From: Scyliorhinus canicula
Taxonomy: Eukaryota
Direction: 5' to 3'
Length of the DNA: 64,000 nucleotides
NCBI RefSeq assembly: GCF_902713615.1
Contig: NC_052147.1
Location: forward strand, 262,108,886-262,172,885
Positions 38,901 to 49,878 of the stretch are shown piece by piece (positions within the stretch are counted from its first letter, which is position 1; each line of letters starts with the position of its first letter). Position numbers and translations under genes: made by a program. The notes under the pieces were generated by a model. It did not search any database and was not told where the DNA came from. It worked only from the letters and a program-made list of their open reading frames with translations.

Positions 38901-41900
38901 GGCACAATACTAGCTCCCAGTGTCATTTCTCCTTGTTCTATTAGTGAGCCCGAATGAGTGGTCACTCATTCACAGTTCCCTGGATACTGCAGAGTTTGCT
39001 ATTGACTTAACAGTCTGACACAGGGTGACTTGGTCCCTATCTTTCACTGCTACCTGTTCACCTCAGAGCTACCTTGCTTCCAGCAGGGAAACCACCAATC
39101 CCTCCTCCTTTCTTCACTGCTGCTCCCAGCACATCTTAATTTCCCTCCACTCCCCCCATACCCGCTAACAGGGAATGCTATCCCTTTCTCATTCCACCAC
39201 ATCCAAAAGATTTGCCTGTTCTTTGCAGCAATTTTAGTGACCACCAAGCAAGTAGGAGGAAGGAGAACTTGAGAAATCAATGGAAAGCATGCTGGATAAA
39301 GTTTGATAATGATCATATTTACCTCTCCTGTGGCCCAACTGCTCAGCCAAGGCACCGAGCCAATCCAAAGGCTCAAACAAAAGCTATTGGCAAATCTTTC
39401 AGGTTCATTTGATCTACCTTGTCTTTTTTTATTTTAATTGTTCGCAGGATATGAACACCATTGGCAAGGTCAGCATTAATTACCCATCACTAATTGCCCT
39501 TGTTTTTTTAAATCTTTATTATTGTTACTAGTAGGCTTACATTAACGCTGCAATGAATTTACTGTGAAAATCCCCTAGTCGCCACATTTTGGCTCCTGTT
39601 CGGGTACACAGAGGGAGAATGCAGAATGTCCAAATTACCCATGAGCACGTCTTTCGGGACTTGTGGGAGGAAACCGGACCACCCAGAGGAAACCCACGCA
39701 GGCACGGGGAGAAGATGCAGACTCCACACAGACAGTGACCCAAGCCGGGAATCGCATCTGGGACCCTGGCGCTCTACTGTGCCACCGTGCCGCCCATAGC
39801 TGTGAATTGAGGCTGGCTGGGCAAGGGTTCTTTTCCTTGGAGCAGAGAAGGTTGAGGGAGGGCCTGATCCAGGTGTAGAAGATTATGGACAGGTGGGATA
39901 AGAATGAAGTAGAGGGGTCAATAACCAGGCAGCATAGATTTAAGGTCAGGGGAAGGAGATTTAGAGGAGATTTGAGGAAAATCTTTTTCGCTCAGAGTGG
40001 TGGGAATCTGGAACTCACTGCGTCAAAGGGTGGTAGAGGCAGAAATCCTCACAACAGTTAAGAAGCATTTTGTTGAGCATTTGAAATACCATAGCACACA
40101 AGTCTACGGACCAAGTGCTGGGAAAATGGGATTAGGACAGGTGCAGACAAAATGAAAAAAAGAACAAAGAACAAAGAAAAGTACAGCACAGGAACAGGTC
40201 CTTCGGCCCTCCAAGTGCTGTTAGGGAGGGAGTTCCAGGATTTTGACCTAATTACAGCAGCGGGCGATAAATGGCAGCTGTAGCTTCCCTCTTGGTGATA
40301 CTGCAGGATCCCACCCTGCATAACCAATGACTCACAACCCAGGAAAATGACCTCGAGGATAGAAGGTTCAAGTCCCACCCTGATCTTCCTCTGGTGGCTA
40401 ATCCACCCCAGAAGACTTTTCCCACCTTGGTATGTGTATGCACTCTTTTAATACAGGCACCAGTTTAAATACACACAGGAGTGTAGTGTGAGTGGATAGA
40501 TTAGTCATCTGTGAAATTCAGCCACCAGGCTTTCTCGTCTCAACGTCATTCTGAAAAAACAAAGTTCCAGGAAAACAAAATTATTTTTACCTTGAAGGAT
40601 TGCTCTGCCTTTTGAAACGCGTTCTGGAGATTCTCCTGTTCCGCAATTAGCTTGGAAACTAGTTTGAGAGCTTGTTTCTTCCTCTCATCTGCATCCAGCT
40701 TTTCACAGATTAAATCTGATTTTTCCTTGTCTAACTGGTCGATTTTACTCTGCTCAAAAACACAAGGCATGGTTTCAACTCCCGAAGAACATACTCTAGC
40801 TCTAACATTTTCAAAAGTATATCTTGAAACTTTTTTGTTTAAGAACCTCTACGGCTAATTATCCACTAAATGATGGATATTAACTTTAACAGGAGAATAT
40901 TTCCATTCATGTAGCCTAGATTAAATGAGTTCATGTTTATTTTCATTTCGGACTAGTGTACAGGAGACTAATAATCCAACTCTACAGGCGACGAGGCACC
41001 TGTGAAATGGAAAGCATCTTTTAATGCTCTGAGGGCAAAGTGGTCACCTTGCAAATGGCAATCCTTTTTCATCTGCACAATTTCTTCCAATAACTTCTGT
41101 GGTTTAATCCCAGAAATATTGGACAATTGGACAAGTTCACTATGTGAAATAAACCACCCTCAGATCATCAATTCTTGCCACATCGTGCTGTGGCTCCTAT
41201 GAGTCAACAATAAAGGTGGGTAGAATCATAGAATCCCTGCAGTGCAGAAAGAGGCCAATTGGCCCATCAGTCTGCACTGACCATCCGAAAGAACAGCCTA
41301 GCCTAGGCCCAATCTCCCTTCATATCCCTGTAACCCCACCGAGGGACAATCTATCCAATCCACCTAATTTGCTCATCTTTGGACTGTGGGAGGAAATAGG
41401 AGCATGTGGAGAAAACTCCCGCAGTCACGGGGAGAGCGTGCAAACTCCACACAGATGGTTAACCAAGGTCGGAATTGAACCCCAGACACTGGCACTGTGA
41501 GGCAGCAGTGCTAACCACGGTGTCACCGTGCCGCCCCAGTAGGGTCTCCTGTGCAATTAATTTTGTTTATTCCTCCCTTGGCCCCCTCCAAATGTAGTTA
41601 CCTTCACTCATTATCCTACTGTTAGTATACATTTGAGCCGTGCCTCCAGCTTTATCCATGCTGTGGACTCAAAAGGGATGGTCACGTGAAAGAGGATTCT
41701 TGAGTGGAACCCAAATTCAGGCGAAGCTGAGGAAATACTTTTCTGGCCGAGCATAAAAGTTCAGCTGTACATTTGAAAACATCTGCAGGTGCAAATTTTA
41801 CGCTCCTCCAAAGCAGGTTCTGAGTCAAAGGGTCTTTTTTGCAAGGGGAGGGGGGACTAAAATTAAATGAGCAGGGTTCCCCCGGGTTCCTGCCTGCACC

Positions 41901-44900
41901 AACCCAGGCAATATTTGATGCTTAGGCAGGCAGGGACTCGGCAGGAAAACCGCCCTTTCACAACTTAGAGGCCTTTTTCCACCAAGTCTCAATTGTTCGG
42001 GAGCAGGTGCATGTAGGATGGGAAACAGAGAAATAAACTTTGCTCCATCTCAAGTGGAATGAAGAAGTGCCCCAATCTGAGGGCCCCTTCAGATTTGGAA
42101 TGCCTTTCGCTCCAGGGCCTAGGAGCTCTGGCTCTCCACCTGCCCCCCCCCCCCCCCCCCAACGCCCCCAAGGGCCTACTCCCCATGCCACAATCGCCCA
42201 TCCCTCCTGGCTCCCCAGGGCAGCCCTAGCCACCCGCTTATGAGACTTAACTTAAAAACGGCCCAGGATTTTTAATAATAATCTGGATTTAATTGCAGGC
42301 AGAGTATTGCAGAACCTCTTCTGGCCATTGCAGCATTGTACCTGGATGTGTTGGAGAGCTGTCGGCCAATCAGATTGGCAGATTTAGCACAGAGCTAAAT
42401 AGCTGGCTTTTAAAGCAGACCAAGGCAGGCCAGCAGCGCGGGTTCAATTCCTGTATCAGCCTCCCTGAACAGGCACCGGAATGTGGTGACTAGCGGCTTT
42501 TCACAGTAACTTCAATTGAAGCCTACTTGTGACAATAAGCAATTTTCATTTCATTTCAGGTCAAACTGGAGGCCTGTGACCAGCGGTGTGCCTCAGGGAT
42601 CAGTGCTGGGTCCACTATTATTTGTTATTTATATTAACGATTTAGATGAGAATTTAGGAGGCATAGTTAGTCAATTTTCAGAGGACACCAATATCAGTGG
42701 CATAGTGGACAGTGAAGAAGGTTATCTAGGATTGCAACGGGATCTTGATCAATTGGGCCAGTGGGCCGATGAGTGGCAGATGGAGTTTAATTTAGTTAAA
42801 TGTGAGGTGTTGCATTTTGGTAGATCGAATTGGGGCAGCACCTACTCAGTTAATGGTAGGGAGTTGCAGAGAGTTATAGAACAACAGATCCAGGGGTCTG
42901 GGTTCATAGCTCCTTGAAGGTGGTGTTACAGGTGGACAGTGTGGTGAAGAAGGCATTCGGCGTGCTTGGTCTCACTGGTCAGAGCATTGAATGCAGGAGT
43001 TAGGATGTCTTAATGAAGTTATACAAGACATTAGAAAGGCCACACTTGGAATACTGTGTACAGTTCTGGTCACCCTATCATAGAAAGCATATTATTAATC
43101 TAGAAAGATTGTAGAAAAGATTTACTAGCATGCTACCGGGACTTGATGGTTTGAGTTATGAGAGGCTGGATAGACTGGGACTTTTTTCCCAGGCATGTAG
43201 AAGGCTTAGGAGTGATCTTATAGAGGTTTATAAAATAATGAGGGGCATAGATATGATAGACAACATCTTTTCCCAAAGGTCGGGGAGTCTAAAACTCCAG
43301 GGCATAGGTGAGAAATACAAAAGGGTCCAGAGGGGCAGTTTTTTTCCACGCAGAGGGTGGTGAGCATCTGGAACTAGCTGCCAGAGGCAGTAGTAGAGAC
43401 GGGTACAATTTTGGCTTTAAAAAAGCATTTAGACAGTTATATGGGTAAGATAGTTTAGAGGGATATGGGCCAAATGCTGACAATTGGGACTGGTTAGCAC
43501 TGTTGCTTGACAGCACCAGGGTCACAGAGCCTCACAGAGCCAGGGACCCAGGTTTGATTCCAACCTCTGGTGACTGTCTATGTGGAGTTTGCACATTCTT
43601 CCCATGTCTGTGTGGGCTCCCTCCAGGTGCTCAGGTTTCCTCCCACAATCCAAAGATGTGCAGGTTAGGTGGATTGGCCATGAAAGATTTCCCCGAGGTG
43701 GGGTTACAGGGATAGGGTGGGGGACTGGGTCTCAGCAGAATGCTCTTTCAGAGGGTCAGTGCAGACGCGATGGGCCAAATGACCTCCTTCTGCACTGTAG
43801 GGTTTCTACGAATGCACTATTAACTATTTTAGTTTAGCTTGTATTACCTTCATATACGGATGATAATTTTGTTTTTAAATGCTGTGTATTATAATTCAGA
43901 ATGACTGTCTGAAAGGTTTGGAGAAGCAGATAGCTTTCCGTATGAAACTGGACATATCACTTGAGAAGGAATAATTTTCAGGGCTATGTACAGGATTACC
44001 ATGCTGAGGTGAATAGTCTCCTTCTGCTTGTATGATTCTATATTGTGAAATATTGGTAACTAATGTATTATGTTCATATACTGCATTTCTTGGTCAACCA
44101 TTATTTATTCATTAAAGAGGGTAATTATGCCTTTGTTAAAATATTAGAAAGTATTTCACAAAAACACATGTGTTACCAATATCACACAATTTAATTGCAC
44201 CTTATAGAGATAGCTGAAGGGGTTCAAAATTGATTTTTTTTTAAATTTGCTTGTATTTGACAGAGCTATTTATAATTGTATTAAGTTGTGGAGGGAAATT
44301 CATAAGAGAAATTCACATTTTAACTTTTAAATATGCCTTGAGTGAAATTTCTGTTGTATTTATGCAATATCATTCTTTAATGTTAGTTTACAGGATGTGG
44401 GCATCATTGGCTAGGTCAGCATTTATTGCCCATCCCTAGTTGCCCATGAGAAGGTGGTAGTGAGCTGCCTTCTTGAACTGCTGCAGTTCCTGAACTACAG
44501 GTACACCCACGTGCTGTTAGGAAGGGAGTTGCAGGATTAGTGATGACAAGATCACAACAAATAGGTAAAATCAGTCAGTTATTTGATCGTCGTTCAGGAG
44601 AGCCCTGAACCTATGCATTTGACTTCAAAGCCCAATTTCCCTTTCCAGCTATGAATGTTGCGCCAGTGGTTCACGTAAGTTTATTCTTGTGATTGCAGGA
44701 GGCTCAATCGGGAATTACAGCAAGATAAAAGTCAGTTGGTGAAGTCACAGAGGATACTGTCAGATAATGTTGTACCTGCCACAACACTAGCTCGTCTTTT
44801 GCCAGCTGAAGTTTTTCTGAAAGATTCATATTGTCCTGATTCACTTGTCTTGAATCACTATTGTCTTGAATCACTTCAAAATCCTGGAAAACCAGCCAGA

Positions 44901-47142
44901 TAAAGACTAGTGAGATAAAAGCAAAATACTGCTGGAAATCTGAAATGAAGACAGAAAACACTACATATATCCCGCAGGTCTGACAGCGTCTGTGGAGAGA
45001 AACAGAGTTAACGTTTCGGATCTAAATGATTCTTCTACAGATTTGAGAGAAACAGTCTGACAAAGAACTGTATTCAGAAATTAAGAAATCTTTTTTTTCT
45101 TTTGGGTATTCAACACTCAATAGATTTTATTTATGTTTTCAACATGAATAGAATCAGTTGTAGTCGAAAATAGGAAAAAATATTTCTTGAAACATTAATG
45201 CTAAAAATGACTGAACAGTTAGAGGCAATTGTCCAAGTCCATGAATAATTTTCCTTGACAGTTGAAAGTTGCGTTATTTGTAATGTGCTCAGGAAGTCTC
45301 ATTCATTCAGCAATAATTGATCCTTATATATCATAGCTAGGTCTGTCTGGCCACTTATACAGTAGCACAGTGGTTAGCACAGTTGCTCCACAGCTCCAGG
45401 GTCCCAGGTTCGATTCCTGGTTTGGGTCTGTCTGTGCCGAGTCTGCACGTTCTCTCCGTGTGTGCGTGGGTTTCCTCCAGGTGCTCTGATTTCCTCCCAC
45501 GGTACGAAGATGTGCAAGTTAAGTGGATGGGTCATGATAAATTGCCCCTAGTGTCCAAAAAGGCGAGGTTGGGTTACTGGGTAAGGGGATAGGGTGGAGG
45601 CATGGGGTTAAGTAGGGTGCTCTTTCCAAGGGCCAGTGCAGACATGATGGGCTGAATGGGCTCCTTCTGCACTGTAAATTCTATGATTCTATAAATATGT
45701 AACAATTCCATGATACATGTAATGTAATGCCACGTTAGTATTTTGACCAGTAAGATTGGATACCGAGGGCATGAGCTGGATTTTCATGTCATCTTTCTCC
45801 CCTTTCTCATCTGAAGCTAGTTACTGGGTTCAGTTGCACAGATACTAGTAAACGAACCAATGCCCAGAAATGGCCATTCTTCGTGCTTGAAGTAACATTG
45901 CGTCAATATTCCAATCACCGCGAAGAACTCCCTGTCAGAGGTACGCACAAAAATATTTTCCTGCAAGACTTTACTAAATACCGATCCATAGCAGGAATGG
46001 ACATTGATTTCTGTAGCTCCGAGACACCAAGGTCAAAAGTAGCACATCAACTGCTGTTCTATCTGCAAACAACTAACTCAGTACTGATTCAAATTGGGAC
46101 CCAAGACCTTCTGGTCTATATGGCACAGTACATCAGCTGATCTCTTTATTCCCTAGGTCAGCCGGGGAAATCACCCAGCGCTGATGACAGTCTGGATTTA
46201 AAGGTAAAAAAGTTACATGATTTTAAAATAGTTTAGACAGCAGTACAGCCACTGACCATTCATATTTTCAGAAATAGGGACAGTGTTTTGTTAGAAAGTG
46301 TTGTACTTAAAAGTAAATGGATAATTCTACTCCTGATCTCATTTGCAATTTGTGTTCAATCAAAATACATTCTCTACTCGGAATCAGGGGGTTGGAAACT
46401 CAAGCCTCACTCCAGCATATAATCTAGGCTGATTACTTCAGCGTAGCACTGACGAATTGCTGTATTTATGAAGGTTCTAACCTTTAGGCTAGATTTTAAA
46501 TCAAGGTTTTGTCTGTGTGCTCAATGGGCAGCGAAGATCCCCGGGATTGCTGTGTGAAGCAGAGCAATTAATTTTTCAATGTCCTGGCCAGCACCATTTC
46601 TTTAATCAACATCTCCAAAACAAACTAATTGGGACATTCATTGCTGTCTGAGAGATTTAGCTTGCACAAAATGGCTGCCAGATTCACCTGCATAACAACA
46701 CAGAGTAACTGACTGCATGAAACACGTTGGACATTTTGGAAATGCAAACTGCTTCTTTTAAACTCAAAACCAAGCGAACCAGTGCCAGTGTCTCTCTACC
46801 GCACCCCCTTCCCCTCCCCATGACAGTGTCTCTCTCCTCTGGTGCCAGTGCCTCTCCCCCTCTCTGATGTGGGGTTACAGGAAAATAGAACAAATGTCAT
46901 TTGGCAATAAATAAGGTAACATGGTTATTTACAAACTCAACATTTGTGCCATTGCAATCTTTCCCCATGTTCTAATTTCCTTCTGTTACGCTGAAATGGT
47001 TGATGTCTACATAAAAGAGATGGGCTTTTGTGTTTATGAAGATGAATTTAGATTTAACACAACATATTTTTGGTTAAATACTTACAGAATGTGAGTTACC
47101 ATCACATGCAGATAGAGGCTTGGGTTCGTATTGCTCATCCAT
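17712..47142 (-). CDS. NMI: N-myc and STAT interactor, complete 9-coding-exon CDS: join(47142-47086, 44883-44776, 40749-40591, 35598-35482, 33904-33730, 31027-30921, 30191-30005, 22799-22690, 17909-17712), 405 aa
   Basis: All exons are bounded by AG/GT with compatible phases and total 1218 nt including the stop. The protein has a coiled-coil N-terminus, then [37 protein letters not shown] and KRTLLIT...[20 protein letters not shown], matching the NID repeats of NMI/IFI35. The adjacent RBM43 favours NMI over IFI35. Confidence 0.93.
18276..18739. mobile_element. PIF/Harbinger-like MITE; related copies at 57029-57198 and 58897-59614 (nested, cut by Gypsy)
   Basis: Imperfect TIR GGGCTacactCTCCG / CGGAGAATCCAGCCC with 3-bp TSD CAT; internal sequence similar to 58997-59614. 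Confidence 0.7.
19959..20432 (-). mobile_element. Solo LTR inserted in a V-SINE (SINE halves 19843-19958 and 20433-20544)
   Basis: Minus strand starts TGTGGTGA, has TATATAAA then AATAAA; imperfect 5-bp TSD atgag/atggg; SINE sequence resumes after it. Confidence 0.7.
21455..22185 (+). mobile_element. CR1 3' fragment with an inserted V-SINE (~21752-22060, -)
   Basis: [15 protein letters not shown]; CR1 3' UTR resumes at ~22065. Confidence 0.8.
22690..22799 (-). CDS. NMI: NMI coding exon 8 ([37 protein letters not shown])
   Basis: tttttttag|TT ... CAG|gtgagc, 110 nt, phase 1 to 0; ends LKKFQ like human LKKYQ. Confidence 0.92.
23010..25010 (-). mobile_element. CR1 LINE ORF2 3' portion (~2 kb) with SINE insertion
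   Basis: [13 protein letters not shown]...[33 protein letters not shown]; (TTCTTTG)n-type tail. Confidence 0.95.
26296..27889 (+). mobile_element. hAT (Charlie/Buster-type) internally deleted DNA transposon
   Basis: TIR CAGGGTTTTTCAAA / TTTGAAAAACACCG; 8-bp TSD ggataggc/agataggc with central TA; decayed BED-finger transposase N-terminus ([10 protein letters not shown]...[11 protein letters not shown]) at ~27475-27720. Confidence 0.85.
30005..30191 (-). CDS. NMI: NMI coding exon 7 ([62 protein letters not shown])
   Basis: ttttccag|GTA ... GGA A|gtaagt, 187 nt, core NID motif. Confidence 0.95.
30518..30848 (+). mobile_element. HE1-type V-SINE with CR1-derived tail; similar copies at 14535-14860, 41220-41538 (-), 43490-43810, 45360-45692, 47492-47805, 57390-57650 (-)
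   Basis: tRNA head + V-domain + gccgaatggcctc.ttctgcactgtaaattcta tail. Confidence 0.9.
30921..31027 (-). CDS. NMI: NMI coding exon 6 ([36 protein letters not shown])
   Basis: cttgaag|TT ... GAG|gtaaat, 107 nt, phase 1 to 0. Confidence 0.92.
31945..32255 (+). mobile_element. V-SINE with non-CR1 tail; similar copies at 13629-13940, 39505-39797 (-), 48815-49126 (-), 52980-53288 (-)
   Basis: Same head and V-domain; tail gaattggacattct...gcgactaggrgattttcacagtaacttcattgcagtgttaatgtaagcc. Confidence 0.9.
33730..33904 (-). CDS. NMI: NMI coding exon 5 ([12 protein letters not shown]...[14 protein letters not shown])
   Basis: gcacag|ATT ... CAA G|gtaatg, 175 nt, phase 0 to 1; resembles human GQALITFEKEE. 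Confidence 0.92.
35482..35598 (-). CDS. NMI: NMI coding exon 4, coiled coil ([39 protein letters not shown])
   Basis: ctcttaacag|GAG ... AAG|gtaact, 117 nt; not in the ORF track, read manually. Confidence 0.85.
36014..37172 (+). mobile_element. Long solo LTR (ERV-like or Gypsy)
   Basis: TGTTGCCA...TGGCAACA termini, 4-bp TSD CTAT, AATAAA at ~36983, internal ~30-bp tandem duplicate near the 5' end. Confidence 0.8.
36090..36331 (-). mobile_element. Gypsy solo LTR, same family as the LTR at 59615
   Basis: TGTGGTAGTCACC...AATTGATAGTGCATCA termini shared with 59615-59843; 5-bp TSD tatgg/tacgg. Confidence 0.9.
40591..40749 (-). CDS. NMI: NMI coding exon 3, coiled coil ([53 protein letters not shown])
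   Basis: tttttgagcag|AGT ... AAG|gtaaaa, 159 nt, heptad-like. Confidence 0.85.
42558..43490 (+). mobile_element. CR1 LINE 3' fragment
   Basis: [20 protein letters not shown]...QMEFN. Confidence 0.9.
44776..44883 (-). CDS. NMI: NMI coding exon 2 ([36 protein letters not shown])
   Basis: ttttccag|GAT ... CAG|gtacaa, 108 nt, open, helical character. Confidence 0.8.
47086..47142 (-). CDS. NMI: NMI coding exon 1 ([19 protein letters not shown]); the exon begins at 47146
   Basis: Acceptor gatgaacag|atatATG, donor TCT|gtaagta, 57 nt, phase 0. Not supported by homology, only by splice signals and position. Confidence 0.7.
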
Positions 47143-48191
47143 ATATCTGTTCATCAAAAAAAAACCAAAATTAATTTGCATAAATATAAATTTAGTCTAG
47201 AGCAAGTGCAATGTGATATCACTAATATCCTCCCGAGGTGAAATATGTTAATGGAATTAGTTAGACAATGGTCTTACAGCTCCGAGGTTTCAGGGTTCAA
47301 ATCTAGGACTGAGGAGGAAATGTCTACTTGCCTTATGTAAGTAGTTTGAGCAACCTGCAAACTGATCATGACTTTTGACCTTGAGTGCGAAACACAGGTT
47401 AAAGTGAGTTAAGGCAGGGCCAGGCTCAATTGTCAGGCCCCCTGAAGTTATCAGGGCTCACACAAGGCAATGGCTACCTTGTAATGGCTATGGGCAGCAC
47501 GGTAGCACAAGTGGTAGCACTGTGGGTTCACAGCGCCAGGGTCTCAGGTTCGATTCCCTGCTGGTTCACTTCTGTGCGGAGTCTGCACGTTCTCCCCGTG
47601 TCTGTGTGGGTTTCCTCCGGGTGCTCTGGTTTCCTCCCACAGTCCAAAGACTTGCACGTTAGGTGGATTGGCCATGATAAATTGCCCTTAGTGACCAAAA
47701 AAGTTAGGAGGGGTTATTGGGTTATGGGGATAGGGTGGAAGTGAGGGTTTAAGTGGGTCGGTGCAGACTCGATGGGCCGAATGGCCTCCTTCTGCACTGT
47801 GTGTTCGACCTGAACATGCCTAATGGTGGAAGGCCAGGAGGGAGGGGGGAGTACCTGAATCTTCTGCTGGTCAATAATACCTCTTAAAAAGGCAGGGGTG
47901 TGAATTTTTTTAAAGGATTGTGTAATGGCGACCGAGCCGTTCAGGCAACCAAATATCCCAAATATCAGTCAGAAAGACTGCTGTCACATTGACTAAACAC
48001 GCTGCACACTTTAAAACCGAGAGCTGTGTTGAGTTAAGACTTCAAAATGTTCTTCAAATAACAACATTAAAACATCTCAGTCTCACATAATGATTCCCAA
48101 TGTTTCCTCTGAGTGTTGTGTAGACACTAGCAAGCCCGACCTGAGAAACTTACTGTTGTGTGTGGTGGGGGGGCAGCCTGGCCTCTCTTAC

Positions 48192-48320
48192 CCCTCTAAT
48201 TCCAGCGCTGCAGGCTTGGGACAGTTCCTGACCTTCCCTCAGGACAAAGGCGACCGCTTCTCCGCCAATTCTGGTTGTTCCCCTGACTTGTTCCGCTGTT
48301 TACTCGCGCGATTATTTTTT
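48192..48320 (-). other. NMI: Probable non-coding exon 1 of NMI (5' end uncertain)
   Basis: CpG-containing segment directly downstream of the ISRE; donor GGG|gtaaga at 48191 (alternative donor gtcagg at 48232). Confidence 0.55.
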
Positions 48321-48353
48321 ACTTTCAGTTTCCAGAGCGGCGCTTTACAAGAA
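48321..48353. promoter_or_regulatory. NMI promoter ISRE/IRF-E (ACTTTCAGTTTCC, 48321-48333) plus GAS-like TTACAAGAA (48345-48353)
   Basis: Matches the ISRE and TTNCNNNAA consensus; NMI is an established interferon-inducible gene. Confidence 0.7.
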
Positions 48354-49591
48354 ATCATCTGACCTGACTGCATCCGTGTTTTTTTTTTATATTTCGGACG
48401 CAAGTTTGCACAGTTTTCCTTTGTTGTCCCAATCCAACAGCAAAAGTGCAAACTCTCAGCTTTGATCTGATTAGCGACAGTGACTTATTTGACAAATTTA
48501 TTTAAACTGAAGAACTGCTATTGACGTAATGCTTGCTGCAGCCTTTAAGGGTAATTTAAACAATCGCCCTGGGGGTGCGGCGTTGGCACATTTATTCCCA
48601 GCTGAGGCTTCACATAGTTTCCGCCCAAATTCTTGTTTGTAGGAAGTGAGTTGTGTGTACCAATCAGCCTCGGCCATCATGGGGTAAAACCAAAAGCAAC
48701 TTGTGGTGTTTTGCACAGGCAAGGATGGAAATCTGGAAGTTGCTGGCCGAGATACCCTCCCCCCACACACACACACACAAACAGGATGCATTCTGCACAG
48801 ATTGCTATCACAATGGCACAATAATAATAATACTGTCACAAGTCGGCTTACATTGAGACTGCAATGAAGTTACTGCGAAAATCCCTTCGTCGCGACACTC
48901 CGGCGCCTGTTCGGGTTCACTGAGGGAGAATTCAGAATGTCCAATTCACCTAACAAACACATCTTTCGAGACTTGTGAGAGGAAACCGGAGCACCCGGAG
49001 GAAACTCACGCAAACACGGGGAGAACGTGCAGGCTCCGCACAGGCAGTGGCCCAAGCCTGGAATCGAACCCAGCTCCCTGGCACTGTGAGGCAGCAGTGC
49101 TAACCACTGTGCTACTGTGCCGCCCACTCAGTCGCTCAGTACTCTGAAAGGGCAAACATGTTTAATTGGACAGAGCTGAGTTTATATTGGTGGAGTAAGT
49201 GGAAATCAAGGACTGGAGAATTGCGGGAGCGGCGTCGGACCCGATCTCGGGGTTGACGCCCATTCTCCGCCACCGCGCCAAGCGCGATTTCGGCACGGAG
49301 ACTCAGAGAATCCCACCCATGGTCCTTGACAGAGGGTAGGGCTAGTTCCAATGGCAAAAGCACCTCGATGACTGGGGATCTCCCTACTGCTGCAGCCTTT
49401 ATCCTCCATCACAGCCGCTGATATCGCAGGGGTATCCTCCACCGGAGCCGCTACTGAGGACATGTTTTGGATTTCACTTTGTCGGGTTCCTCCTCGCCGA
49501 CCTTACCATCATGGGTGACCCTGTCATGAATTTTAGTCTCCTGATGGCATTGCTCTCGGAACGTTCAAGCCTCATACCACGGCTAGATGGC

Positions 49592-49878
49592 TGATGCGAC
49601 TATCAATTCACGCGAAACAGAGAGTAGGTGTAAACTGTGGCTTTAATCGCCTAGAACAATGCCTGCCTGCGACTGCTCTGCTAGTGAGAGTCACCTACAG
49701 GGCTGCTGCTCTTTATACCTCCCCTCAAGGTGGCAGAGCCAGGGGCGGTGCCCACAAGGGCACCAACATGATACACTCCATGTAATATCGTACAATGGTC
49801 CATAGGTGGAGTCCACATGGGCAACAGCGTGATACAGTAAGATACATGATGAATGGTTAATACAATACGTTCACCTCA
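49592..49878 (-). mobile_element. Gypsy solo LTR (duplicated at 53753-54039)
   Basis: TG...CA, perfect 5-bp TSD ATGGC, 3' terminus AATTGATAGTCGCATCA similar to the LTR at 59615. Confidence 0.85.

Noticed and set aside
17712-47142. IFI35 as an alternative identity
   Set aside because: Same family, but the sequence resembles NMI more and adjacency to RBM43 matches NMI synteny; a phylogeny would confirm.
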